NCBI GenBank assembly: GCA_964483625.1
Contig: CAZABB010000001.1
Location: 67,222 to 131,221, forward strand
Origin: an uncultured Planctomycetia bacterium
GTDB lineage: Bacteria; Omnitrophota; Gorgyraeia; Duberdicusellales; 4484-171
Reading direction: 5' to 3'
Length of the DNA: 64,000 bases
This document shows, one piece after another, positions 28,734 through 38,463 of the stretch; the first letter of the stretch is position 1; the number at the start of each line of letters is the position of its first letter. The notes beneath the pieces were generated by a model. The model was not told the DNA's origin, did not search any database, and saw only the letters and a program-made list of their open reading frames with translations. The translations under genes and the position numbers were made by a program.

Positions 28734-29507
28734 TTACAGGTATTTCACAAGATCTTTCTCTTTGCGAATAAATACGGTCGCTCCCACGGTAAAACTCAGA
28801 ACGGCAAAGCCAAAAGCGAGAAGCCACATGAAAAAGGACCCCGGCTGAGAATGAAAAAGTAAGGATCGGAAAAGGACGATATAGCACGTACCCGGGTTTG
28901 CAACAAGGAGCCAGCGATAGGCCGAAGGGACCATCTCCAGAGGATAAAAAATAGGGGTCATCCAGAACCAGAACATAATACCTACGTTCAACATCTGGGC
29001 GAGGTCTCGGAAATATACGTCAATCACACTGAAAAGAAGAGATACCCCTAAAGCAAACATCAGGTAACATAAAAGAAGGAGCGGGAGATAAAATACACAT
29101 TTTACGATGGCGGGCGAAGCTAAAATGAATACCGGTAAAAGCACGATGAATCCGAAGAAAAAATTCATGAAATGCGCCATGACCACCGAAAGCGGAATGA
29201 TTTCCCGGGGAAGAACGAACTGCTTGATCAAATTGCTGTTTTGCCGCAGCGAGCCGGTGCTTTCACATATCGAATTTACAAAGAAAAACCAGGGTAAAAG
29301 CGCGCTGAGGACAAAAAGAGGAAACCTCTCGATCTGCATCTTGATGATGTGAGTGAACACAAAGGCGACAACCATCATAATTAACAAAGGGGTAAGCAAT
29401 GCCCAGGAAATACCCAGAAAAGAACCACAGTACTTATCACTAAGGTTCTTAATGATCATGCTTTTAATAATATCCCGGCGCGCTATGAGTGTTTTAATAC
29501 GATTCAT
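28734..29507 (-). CDS. wzm: Wzm/TagG-type ABC-2 polysaccharide export permease
   Basis: KYCGSFLGISWALLTP, LLPWFFF, YFRDL, TPIFYP, NP motifs; about six TM segments. Confidence 0.9.
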   Translation of the reverse strand: MNRIKTLIARRDIIKSMIIKNLSDKYCGSFLGISWALLTPLLIMMVVAFVFTHIIKMQIERFPLFVLSALLPWFFFVNSICESTGSLRQNSNLIKQFVLPREIIPLSVVMAHFMNFFFGFIVLLPVFILASPAIVKCVFYLPLLLLCYLMFALGVSLLFSVIDVYFRDLAQMLNVGIMFWFWMTPIFYPLEMVPSAYRWLLVANPGTCYIVLFRSLLFHSQPGSFFMWLLAFGFAVLSFTVGATVFIRKEKDLVKYL

Positions 29508-30837
29508 AGATAGCTTCTCGTTCGGATATTTCTTGAGCCAGGGCTCGGCTCTCAGAGATCACATCCTCCATCGACATATACCGCCAGCTCCCGTATCGTC
29601 CGCAGCAGCTGATATTATATTCTCTCAAGAAAGAAACGATCTTCTCCCGGGCCTGTCGGTAATTCATGTCATACAGAGGGTACCCGTACCGGATATCGTG
29701 GGTGTTTGAGACAACCACGCGGTCTTTTTCTTTCAATATCCCCACTCGTTTTAAATCGTCCATCACCTGCCGTACAATCGTACGTTTATTAATCGGCTTA
29801 TGACGAGAATAGGAAACTTCAACGTACATCGAAGACGCACCGGGCGGAACAAGCGAAGGAGAAAAATTGTGAAAGAACCCTGCCCGGAAGAAACAAATAT
29901 CTCTTGCCGGAAAATAAATCCAGTGGCAATGAGGCTGCATCGTGGGTTCAATGCCAATATTAATATTGAAAATCGAAACCCACCGGAGCTGACGGCCATA
30001 TCTTTTCATATCGCGGGGAACGTGACGGATCATTTTGAGCAGTTCCGGCAAAGGTAGGGTAGAAGCAAGATGATTGAATTTCATCATCCTCCCATCTTTA
30101 AACCGAACCGTCTTCTTGATGAGGTCTATTTCAGTCACCTCGCTCTTTACGGAGACGGAAGGAAGGGATCGGGAAAAAGTTTTGACTAATGTTTCTATGC
30201 CTCCCTGCCGAGGATACCAAAAAGACGCATTATATCCTAAATTCCGCCTGCTTTCATCAACGGTTCCCTCTACCACTTGGCGATACGTAGGAATAATCAC
30301 TAAGCCTTCGGCCCATTCATGAGAAAGATCTTCCAGCTTTACGTTCCAGAACTTCTCATTATATGGGCGCATGAAGTATTCGGTAACACCCTCACCAAAG
30401 TTTTTATGACTCCACTCGAAGAAATTACGGGGGATCAGATACTTAATCCCATTCGTATGAACCCGGATAAAATCAGTAAGACATTTTTTTATCACCGGGT
30501 GAGGCAATCCGTGGAGGTTAACCTGAAACGGATAGCGATGGATCCTGTCAAACGAATAGATGTAAGCATTCCGCTTGTGTTCGATTAGATTATCACCCAG
30601 AAGCTCTCTGATAAGGGCGAACGTATTCTTGTGCTTAAAATGAAGTAAATGACCACAGCAATCGAAGGTAAATCCACCAACGCGTTTCGATCGGCACAGG
30701 CCTCCTAGACGAGATTCTTTCTCAAATAGCTCATAGGAAACTCTTTTGTTCCGGAGGAAATACGCCAGGGAAACTCCGGCAAGGCCTCCGCCTAAAATAG
30801 TAACATCTGGATGCGCGTTAAAATCTGCTCTTCCCAT
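29494..30837 (-). CDS. FAD-dependent oxidoreductase, UDP-galactopyranose mutase / protoporphyrinogen oxidase-like
   Basis: GGGLAG, E..RLGGLC.S, FDCCGH, YNEKFW, FWYP..GG, GRYGSWRYMSMED. Likely start ATG 30837. Confidence 0.8.
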   Translation of the reverse strand: MGRADFNAHPDVTILGGGLAGVSLAYFLRNKRVSYELFEKESRLGGLCRSKRVGGFTFDCCGHLLHFKHKNTFALIRELLGDNLIEHKRNAYIYSFDRIHRYPFQVNLHGLPHPVIKKCLTDFIRVHTNGIKYLIPRNFFEWSHKNFGEGVTEYFMRPYNEKFWNVKLEDLSHEWAEGLVIIPTYRQVVEGTVDESRRNLGYNASFWYPRQGGIETLVKTFSRSLPSVSVKSEVTEIDLIKKTVRFKDGRMMKFNHLASTLPLPELLKMIRHVPRDMKRYGRQLRWVSIFNINIGIEPTMQPHCHWIYFPARDICFFRAGFFHNFSPSLVPPGASSMYVEVSYSRHKPINKRTIVRQVMDDLKRVGILKEKDRVVVSNTHDIRYGYPLYDMNYRQAREKIVSFLREYNISCCGRYGSWRYMSMEDVISESRALAQEISEREAIYESY

Positions 30838-30850
30838 GAGTTTTTTCTCT

Positions 30851-31549
30851 TTAAGAACCGGCAAAAAGATCCACCGTACCTTTTATTTTCGGCCTTCCCC
30901 GCGGTAAGGGATACAGTCTCCTCCCCGATTCTTCTTCCAGTTTTTTCACAAATTCTCGCGCCCCAAGCGGACGGCCGGTGAGGGTACATTTTCTGAGATC
31001 ATCGATGACCTTGGGATCTGTGTTATATTTAAGATATTGGCTCCACCCTTCACAGGACTCCCCAAGAAACGAAGAAAGATTTTGCAATTCGACTCCCGCG
31101 TTATTATCCTCACCGCTATGAACGCCGGCACTTGACCATTTCCAATGCCAGGGTTTTTCGACGATCTGCGCCCGCACCGGGTTTCTCTCAATATGCCTTA
31201 TAACCTCCCGGAGGTGCTTCTTATCGACAACACACGAATTAAATCGCCCCTGCCAGAGATGTCCTTTCGCTTTGATCCTTTTATGGAAATATTGAGAATA
31301 CCGCATATGGGTAGCATTGAACATCTTTCCTAACGAATTTTTTTCTCGAGGAATCAGAACAAAATGAACATGATTGGGCATTAAACAATAGGCGAGGAAA
31401 GAAACGCCGAATTTTTCACTATATTCCCGAACCCATAAAAGATACCGTTCCCGGTCGGCGTCGTCAAGAAATACATTTTGATTATAGTTCCCGCGCTGGG
31501 TAACATGGTGGGGAGATCCGACTTTTATGACTCTGGCAATACGGGGCAT
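30851..31549 (-). mobile_element. REP-associated tyrosine transposase (RAYT, IS200/Y1 HUH family); catalytic Tyr apparently replaced by His
   Basis: MPRIAR..., HHVTQRGN, YCLMPNHVH (HUH), LWQGRF, HIERNPVRA, WKWSS, GRPLG...PRGRP. Confidence 0.88.
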
Positions 31550-31614
31550 AGATATCGAACGATGGAGCTAAGAATTGATAAGACAAGCGACAGCCCTCTT
31601 CAAGACATAGATTT

Positions 31615-31642
31615 AGTATATAATAAATGCTAAGTGTGTCAA
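31615..31642 (-). promoter_or_regulatory. Sigma70-type promoter upstream of RAYT and the radical SAM operon
   Basis: TTGACA-16 nt-TATACT on the minus strand in the AT-rich divergent intergenic region. Confidence 0.6.
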
Positions 31643-31788
31643 CAATATTAATGGTACCTGTCCCTATTTATTAAAAGGGTTTTCCTATTATTATATGTTA
31701 ATAGTACAGGGAAGAAGGATGTCATGGATATCAGAAAAAGCGGAATTTATAAATTTGAACCGCAACTAAAAAATACTATAATAAACCT

Positions 31789-32886
31789 ATGAATATAGTC
31801 TTTGTCACCCGGGAAGGATATCAACAACCCGGAGCGCGTATCCGTTGTTACGGATTCGCCGGAGAGCTGCAGAAAAGAGGATTCCCGGCGGAAGTATTTT
31901 CCTTTGTCGACCATGCAGGGGGAAACCCTGAAACGGACAGATTCCATCTCGGCTTACGAGAGAAACTATCTCTTCTGGTCCGGGGATGGCAGGAACTCGC
32001 CAAAAAACATCGAACTGTTTTTGTCGTAAACCGGTTCAACTACCACACCTTCGTTCCGTGGGGACAAAGCCTGCTCCGGAAGATCCCGTATGTGTTCGAT
32101 ATGGACGACTGGGAAGCACGTCAGGATACAGGATATCACTTTCATCTAATTCCCCGATCGAAGGCAGATTATATGACGCGTATTTTTGCCCGGGGAAGTC
32201 TTTTTTGTCTGGCGGCCAGTCATTATTTGAAGAACTATTTAAGCCGGTCTCACAAAAAAGTATACTACGTTCCCAGCGGCGTAGACACTCGGCTTTTTAC
32301 CCCTTCCCGGGGGACGAAAAACCGGGGGAAAATTATTTTTTCCTGGCACGGTATGATCAACCGACGGGAAACCGTCGATAATTTAGAATTTCTTATTGAG
32401 TGTTTTGACGTGATACATAAAAAACACCCTGCCGCCGAACTGTGGATTAAAGGGGGCGGCATATTGGCGGATCGGCTGAAGGAGAAGCTCAATGCAGCCG
32501 TAACATATTTTCCCTGGAGCGTGATGCAAACTATCCCTCACCATCTCGATTCGATCGACATCGGGATCGTTCCCCTTCGGGAAAATAACCGGTTTCATCG
32601 CGCCAAGAGTCCGACCAAAATATTTGAATATATGGCAAAAGGCAAACCGGTTATTGCCTCACCCTTGGGAGAAGCAGAGCATATTATCCGTCACAGGCAT
32701 AACGGTCTCCTGGCGCAAGATAAAGACTCGTTCGTCGCCGCAATGGAGGCACTTATACGTGAATCGCACCTGCGGGTTCGTTTGGGAGAAAATGCGGTAA
32801 AAACCATAGAAGATACCTATTCTATGACTGCCTTGGGAGAAAGATTAGCGAAAATCTTTAAAGAAAATAACCTGAAAGAAAAATGA
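31789..32886 (+). CDS. GT4 glycosyltransferase
   Basis: FDMDDWE, VPSGVDTRLF, KSPTKIFEYMAKGKPVIAS. Confidence 0.9.
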   Translation: MNIVFVTREGYQQPGARIRCYGFAGELQKRGFPAEVFSFVDHAGGNPETDRFHLGLREKLSLLVRGWQELAKKHRTVFVVNRFNYHTFVPWGQSLLRKIPYVFDMDDWEARQDTGYHFHLIPRSKADYMTRIFARGSLFCLAASHYLKNYLSRSHKKVYYVPSGVDTRLFTPSRGTKNRGKIIFSWHGMINRRETVDNLEFLIECFDVIHKKHPAAELWIKGGGILADRLKEKLNAAVTYFPWSVMQTIPHHLDSIDIGIVPLRENNRFHRAKSPTKIFEYMAKGKPVIASPLGEAEHIIRHRHNGLLAQDKDSFVAAMEALIRESHLRVRLGENAVKTIEDTYSMTALGERLAKIFKENNLKEK

Positions 32887-33755
32887 TCTCGATTATTATC
32901 CCTACGTATAACAGCAAAGATTATATTGCGGCGGCACTGCGTTCTTTCGGTGCTCACAGGCAAAACGGTTGCGAAATCGTAGTAATCGATAACGGTTCCC
33001 AAGACGGGACGGCAGAGCGGATCGAACAGGATTTCCCTTTAGTGAAAGTCCTCCGTAACCAAAAGAATAAGGGTGCCAGTTTTGCCCGAAACCAGGGGAT
33101 AGCCCACGCTCGGGGCGAATGGATCCTGTTTGCCGACTGTGACATAGAATTTTCGCACGATTTTCTCCAACAACTCTCTGCCATCATACATGATCTGTCC
33201 CAAGATATCGCGGCGATTTCCCCGCAGATTCTCGACGCTTCTTCACGTAAAATATTTTCCTGCGGACTCTTCATCTCCCGCCTCTATCGCACCTACGACA
33301 TGAAAAAAGGCCGTACTCAATTAACCGCCGGAGAACCATTCTCCATCCATGGCCCCAACAGCTGCTGTGCCGTCGTACGCCGCCGGATCCTGGAGCAGAT
33401 TAAAGAAAGGAACTACTTTGACGAAGACTTCTTTTTTCTGGGAGAAGATGCCGATGTCGCCCTCCGGCTTAAACACGGCGGCCACAAATGCCTCTGTATC
33501 CCGAACCTTGTGGGTTTTCATCACGGGTCAAGTTCGGACTTTTCCCCGCAGAGAAGAAGATATTTTTCCTTCCGCAACCGGATATACATGATCATCAAAC
33601 ATCATTCGACCAAAGACATCATTCTTTTCTTTTTGCGCAGCTTTATCTACGATATTCCCCGCAGTATACATTTTTTTCTTACGAACCGATACGCAAAGGA
33701 TATCATGAACGATATCCGCCGGAAGTGGAAACATGAAAAAACTCATCCTATTTAA
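32883..33755 (+). CDS. GT2 glycosyltransferase
   Basis: ISIIIPTYN, IDNGSQDGT, ARNQGI, DCD (DxD), FDEDFF..EDADV. Confidence 0.92.
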   Translation: MISIIIPTYNSKDYIAAALRSFGAHRQNGCEIVVIDNGSQDGTAERIEQDFPLVKVLRNQKNKGASFARNQGIAHARGEWILFADCDIEFSHDFLQQLSAIIHDLSQDIAAISPQILDASSRKIFSCGLFISRLYRTYDMKKGRTQLTAGEPFSIHGPNSCCAVVRRRILEQIKERNYFDEDFFFLGEDADVALRLKHGGHKCLCIPNLVGFHHGSSSDFSPQRRRYFSFRNRIYMIIKHHSTKDIILFFLRSFIYDIPRSIHFFLTNRYAKDIMNDIRRKWKHEKTHPI

Positions 33756-34842
33756 TCCCGGATCCGGCCTCTACGGAGCCGAACAGGGTATGCTCAATAT
33801 CCTGAAAGCCCTCCGGGACGACTATGCGATTACGGTGGTACTTCCCGAGAGAGGGCCGGTGGAGCAAATGATACGGGAAACAGCGCCGTCTACCGAAATC
33901 ATTCGTTTTCCTCTGGCCTTGTTCCGGCGTTCTTTTTCTCCCCTTTACTATCTTTCCCTGCCGTTTATTTTTCTGACCGGTATTATCTATTTCCAGCGAT
34001 ATATCCGGCGCAGAAAGATTGATATTATCTGCACCAATAGCCTTCTCATCATGTTTCCGGCAATAATCGCCGCGGTAACCGGGAAAAAACATATCTGGTA
34101 TATCCGGGAGATGTTTTCCTCAAAAAGATTGAACAAACTGTGTTCCCGACTGCTCCGGGATATCCCCGGGAAAATCATCTGTGTCTCAGTCGCCATCAAA
34201 GAAAGCCTTTTCCTTCCCGAAAATATACCGGTAATCTATGACCCGATCGACTCACAGCGCCATACGCGTTTTGATACCGGACGTGCCCGCAAAGAACTTT
34301 CCCTGCCTCTTTCGGCCACAATCATCTCCTGCATTTCCCGTATCCACCCCAGCAAAGGCCAGTATGAGCTCTTAATCAGTCTTTATCCGGCATTAAAAAC
34401 CCGCCCAGACGTTCTTATGCTCTTTGTCGGCGACATATCTCTTGGTACCTTGAGGGTTAGACGTTATCGGAAGAAGATAAAAACATTCATCCGTACCCAC
34501 AGTCTGGACAATGTCCTTTTCTGGGGGCTTCGCCGCGACATCGATAAGATCCTTTCGGCCAGCGACATCTGCGTATTCCCATTCCGCCGGGCAGAACCGT
34601 TCGGGATTGCCATCGCCGAGGCGCTCAGTTTCGGCAAAACTACTTTTTTCCCCCGTTGCGGCGGCACGAAAGAAATTGCCGCAATCTTCCGACGGGGAGA
34701 AGAATTTTCCATAGACGATATCATGACCGCACTCGATCGGCCGCGGAAGGACACCGCGGCGGCCGAAGAACTTTATATCCCTGAGGAACTTTCCTTTTCC
34801 CGTTATGCAGAAGAAATACGGAGTATTTTTCATGACAGATGA
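33733..34842 (+). CDS. GT4 glycosyltransferase
   Basis: LYGAEQ, HIWYIRE, SRIHPSKG, EPFGIAIAEA. Confidence 0.88.
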   Translation: MKKLILFNPGSGLYGAEQGMLNILKALRDDYAITVVLPERGPVEQMIRETAPSTEIIRFPLALFRRSFSPLYYLSLPFIFLTGIIYFQRYIRRRKIDIICTNSLLIMFPAIIAAVTGKKHIWYIREMFSSKRLNKLCSRLLRDIPGKIICVSVAIKESLFLPENIPVIYDPIDSQRHTRFDTGRARKELSLPLSATIISCISRIHPSKGQYELLISLYPALKTRPDVLMLFVGDISLGTLRVRRYRKKIKTFIRTHSLDNVLFWGLRRDIDKILSASDICVFPFRRAEPFGIAIAEALSFGKTTFFPRCGGTKEIAAIFRRGEEFSIDDIMTALDRPRKDTAAAEELYIPEELSFSRYAEEIRSIFHDR

Positions 34843-35977
34843 GAGGAAAAAAATCCTTTTTGTTATTACGCATCTTGCTCTTGGCGGCGCCCAGAAGCAT
34901 CTTCTGGGGTTGATGAAAAGCCTGGACCCGAAAGAATATTGCCTTCATCTTATCACCTCCCGCGGCGGCTACATGGAAAAAGAATTCTCTCAAATCACCG
35001 GTCTTACCGTTTACGGTGTGCCTCAACTACAGCGGGCGCTCAATCCGATTCGTGATTGTATCGCCTTTGCCAAGATCTTCCGGTACATAAAAAAACACCG
35101 GTTCGACATTGTTCACACTCATTCTCCCAAAGCTTCGTTGTTAAGCCGCTGGGCGGCATATGCTGCCGGAGTAAAAACGATATTCTATACCGTCCACGGC
35201 TGGCCGTTCCATCGCTGGATGAATTGCGTGGGGTATACATGCTACCTGTTTCTGGAAAAATTAAGCGCGCCGGTAACGACCCGGATCATTACCGTCTCCC
35301 GTGCCGATTTCAAGACCGGGCTCACAAAAAAAATCGCCGCGCCTCCCAAATTGACGCTTATTCATTGCGGTGTAGACGTCGATTTCTGCAATACGGTATT
35401 TTCGCAAAGAACGCAGGAGAAGTTTTCCTCTCCGGTAATTATTACCGTCGCCTCGCTAAAGAAACAAAAAGGACTGTTCCTCTTTATTGCGATGGCCAAA
35501 GAAGTTATACAATCATTCCCTGAAACCACATTCTACATTATCGGAGAAGGCCCCCTGCGGGGAAAAATAACCCGCAAAATAAAAAAATGCCATCTGGAAA
35601 GAAATGTGTTTCTGACCGGCTGGCAGGACGATCTTTCTTTTTTCTACCGGATCGCATCGGTAGTGGTGCTCACCTCCCGCTGGGAGGGCCTGCCTCTTGC
35701 CTTAATCGAAGCGGTCCTGTGCGGGATACCGGTACTCATCACCGATACCGGCGGCGTCCATGATATCGTAAGGAATAACGAACAGGGAAAAATCATCTCT
35801 CTAAAAGATACCGGCCATATAGGAAAGGAGTGCACAGACATGTTGCGTGATCTGGCGCAGTGGAATATAATGGTTGAAGAAAACCGGAAGAATATTCGAA
35901 GTGACGATTTTTCCGAAACACATTCATATGCTTATATCAGAAAAATTTACGAAACCATAGCCTCATGTTCTATCTGA
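34832..35977 (+). CDS. GT4 glycosyltransferase
   Basis: LGGAQKH, DIVHTHSPKA, TVHGW, SRWEGLPLALIEA. Start at ATG 34832 after GGAG. Confidence 0.92.
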   Translation: MTDERKKILFVITHLALGGAQKHLLGLMKSLDPKEYCLHLITSRGGYMEKEFSQITGLTVYGVPQLQRALNPIRDCIAFAKIFRYIKKHRFDIVHTHSPKASLLSRWAAYAAGVKTIFYTVHGWPFHRWMNCVGYTCYLFLEKLSAPVTTRIITVSRADFKTGLTKKIAAPPKLTLIHCGVDVDFCNTVFSQRTQEKFSSPVIITVASLKKQKGLFLFIAMAKEVIQSFPETTFYIIGEGPLRGKITRKIKKCHLERNVFLTGWQDDLSFFYRIASVVVLTSRWEGLPLALIEAVLCGIPVLITDTGGVHDIVRNNEQGKIISLKDTGHIGKECTDMLRDLAQWNIMVEENRKNIRSDDFSETHSYAYIRKIYETIASCSI

Positions 35978-36942
35978 TCAACCCCTTTATCGCCTGCGCT
36001 TGCACCCTGGTCACGCTTCTTATATTTAAAAAGATCTTTGCCTTCAGCTCGCTCCTGAAAGACAACGGCATTCCCACTCTGGGGGGGATTGGTTTCTTTA
36101 TTTCTTTTCTTTTGGTTTTCTCCGGCCATACTCTGTTACAAAAAATATCAGCCCCCCCTCAACTCATCCATATCCTGTTATTTTCCTATATCATTCTCCT
36201 GGTAGGTATTTTCGATGATATCCGAGAACTCTCTTTTCTTAAAAAACTGCTCATCCAGCTGGTATTAATTACGTTTTTCTTTTTGAACGCGAAAAAAGCG
36301 CAAATATATTTCCTTCCCGATTGGTTAAATTACCTTATTTCTTTTCTGTGGATTGCGGGCATTACCAATGCGTTCAATCTTCTCGATATAAAAGACGGCC
36401 TTTGCAGCGGCGTAAGCCTGTTGATTTCTGCATCGTTCGCCGTTATTGCCTTTTTGTGCGGCAGCATCCTGGTCGCTCACATATTTCTTATTCTAAGCGG
36501 ATGCCTTCTGGCCTTCTATATCCTGAATATCCCTCCGGCAAAAATGTACATGGGAAATTCCGGCAGCCATTTTCTCGGATTCCTCTTTGCGGCTCTCAGT
36601 TTCTACCTTGATTACACGGTGACAAAAAAAGTGTACACCATTTTTGCCCCGCTGCTTGTATTAGCTTTCCCGATTATCGATACCTTCTTTTTAATCATCG
36701 TCCGGGCCAAAAAAGGGATTCTCCCGCTGCGCAAAAGTGACGATCATATTTTTCTCCGCCTGATCGCCAACGGCACCTCGCACCGTAATGCGTTAATTAT
36801 CATTTATTGCACAACGGTAACCTGGAGCCTGACCGCGATATTGGTGGTACTGGGGAAAGGACCGTTTATCCTGGGGTCCCTCGCCCTGGCGTCCATTCTC
36901 ACGATAACGGCAATTACCAAGGCAATCTATCATAGAGAATAA
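35965..36942 (+). CDS. wecA: WecA/TagO/MraY-family polyprenyl-phosphate HexNAc-1-phosphate transferase
   Basis: PTLGGI, GIFDD, ITNAFNLLDIKDGL, NIPPAKMYMGNSGS, PIIDT; multi-TM. Confidence 0.85.
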   Translation: MFYLINPFIACACTLVTLLIFKKIFAFSSLLKDNGIPTLGGIGFFISFLLVFSGHTLLQKISAPPQLIHILLFSYIILLVGIFDDIRELSFLKKLLIQLVLITFFFLNAKKAQIYFLPDWLNYLISFLWIAGITNAFNLLDIKDGLCSGVSLLISASFAVIAFLCGSILVAHIFLILSGCLLAFYILNIPPAKMYMGNSGSHFLGFLFAALSFYLDYTVTKKVYTIFAPLLVLAFPIIDTFFLIIVRAKKGILPLRKSDDHIFLRLIANGTSHRNALIIIYCTTVTWSLTAILVVLGKGPFILGSLALASILTITAITKAIYHRE

Positions 36943-37014
36943 ATTCTTTACCAACCCGTTCGACTTCACTCAAAAATAGCATTTGAGCGACGCCGGAATA
37001 CCAGTGAGTCTACG

Positions 37015-37779
37015 ATGGCAAAAATTACGTTCTTAGGAACCGCAGCGAGTGTTTCTTCCCGCGCCCGGGACAACACCTCATTGCTTTTCTCGGCAGACAA
37101 AAAATACGTTCTCATCGACTGCCCCGGCTCGATTGTCCATAAACTGGAAAAGATCGGCATTGATTTCCGCGCTCTCAAAAAGGTCGTCATCACCCATCCC
37201 CATATCGACCATTATTACGGACTATTTCATCTTATTCACGCCCAAAGCTATTTGAACAAACATATAACCATTTATGCCCGCCGGCCGACGATCCGGATCT
37301 TGAAGAAGCTCGTTTCCGACATGAAACTGAAAAAATCACATTATCCTCGTATCACATTCGATGAGGTGACCTTCAGACGTCCCTTCCTGAGGCGGCACAA
37401 GATAACGTTACGGGCAATTCCTAACAATCACACCGAAGGCTCCTTCGGCATACAATTCTCTTCCGGCGCAAAAAAAGTCCTCTATTCTTGCGATACCGCC
37501 CTTTCGGATTCGATCATTTCCGCCGCAAAAAGATGTGATTATCTTATCCATGACTGCACCGCATCTTCCCGCTACTTCAAAAAACATCCTCAATTATTCA
37601 GAGTACATACCAATGCCCGCGATCTGGCCGCGTTGGTCCGCAAGACGCGCGTAAAGAAACTCATCCCCGTTCATTTCCTTCTCCTGGAAAAAAACGAGAT
37701 GCGCCGCATCCGGGGCGAACTCATCCCCCTGGGAAAAAGAGTCCGAATTCCTTCTGATTTTGACCGTCTGATATTTTAG
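37015..37779 (+). CDS. Metallo-beta-lactamase-fold hydrolase, RNase Z-like
   Basis: ITFLGT, LIDCPG, THPHIDH, YSCDT, LIHDCT, LIPVH. Confidence 0.8.
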   Translation: MAKITFLGTAASVSSRARDNTSLLFSADKKYVLIDCPGSIVHKLEKIGIDFRALKKVVITHPHIDHYYGLFHLIHAQSYLNKHITIYARRPTIRILKKLVSDMKLKKSHYPRITFDEVTFRRPFLRRHKITLRAIPNNHTEGSFGIQFSSGAKKVLYSCDTALSDSIISAAKRCDYLIHDCTASSRYFKKHPQLFRVHTNARDLAALVRKTRVKKLIPVHFLLLEKNEMRRIRGELIPLGKRVRIPSDFDRLIF

Positions 37780-37797
37780 AAAGGGAAGGATTGATCC

Positions 37798-38463
37798 CTA
37801 TGTTGCCAGAATATTCTGCGCAGCTGTCAGGGGATCTTTATGTTGAATGATCGGCCGGCCTACGACAATAAAATCTGCTTGTGCTTGTATCGCCTCGCTC
37901 ACCGTTGCGGTTCTTTTCTGATCGTCTTTTTGCGCATTACGTATTCCGGGACAAACGGTTATCAGACCGAACTCTCCTTTTATCTGACGGGCCTCACGTA
38001 CACTGCACACGACCGCCTCCAGGCCCGATTCGGCGGCTACCTTCGCCCCGATACGGACTTTTTTTAGCGAGGCGCTTTGTGACGTCAGCTCGGTAACGGC
38101 GATAATCAGCGGTTTTTTGATCTGTTTGCTGCGTGTGTATTGCCTCAATTGCTCATTGAGGGTACGTAATGTCGGCCGGCCGGCTTTGGCATGAACGGTA
38201 AGTCCCCAGACCCCCATATCGGCCATTACCTTGGCCGTCTCGGTCATCGTGTGGGGAATATCAAAAAGCTTCAGGTCCAGAAAAACTTCGCCGCCCTGTT
38301 TTTTGATCCAGGAGATGATCCGCGGACCAAAACGCGTATATCCGATCAAACCGATCTTAAATTTCTTCACCCGCGGGGTAAGTATTGTGACGATCTTTTT
38401 TAGTTTCTTTTCCGAAGACACATCCAGAGCGACGATAAGTTTCTCCCAGGCTAATTTATTCAT
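37798..38463 (-). CDS. pyrF: Orotidine-5'-phosphate decarboxylase
   Basis: LIVALD, FLDLKLFDIPHT, PGIR, DDQKR, VVGRPI. Confidence 0.97.
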   Translation of the reverse strand: MNKLAWEKLIVALDVSSEKKLKKIVTILTPRVKKFKIGLIGYTRFGPRIISWIKKQGGEVFLDLKLFDIPHTMTETAKVMADMGVWGLTVHAKAGRPTLRTLNEQLRQYTRSKQIKKPLIIAVTELTSQSASLKKVRIGAKVAAESGLEAVVCSVREARQIKGEFGLITVCPGIRNAQKDDQKRTATVSEAIQAQADFIVVGRPIIQHKDPLTAAQNILAT

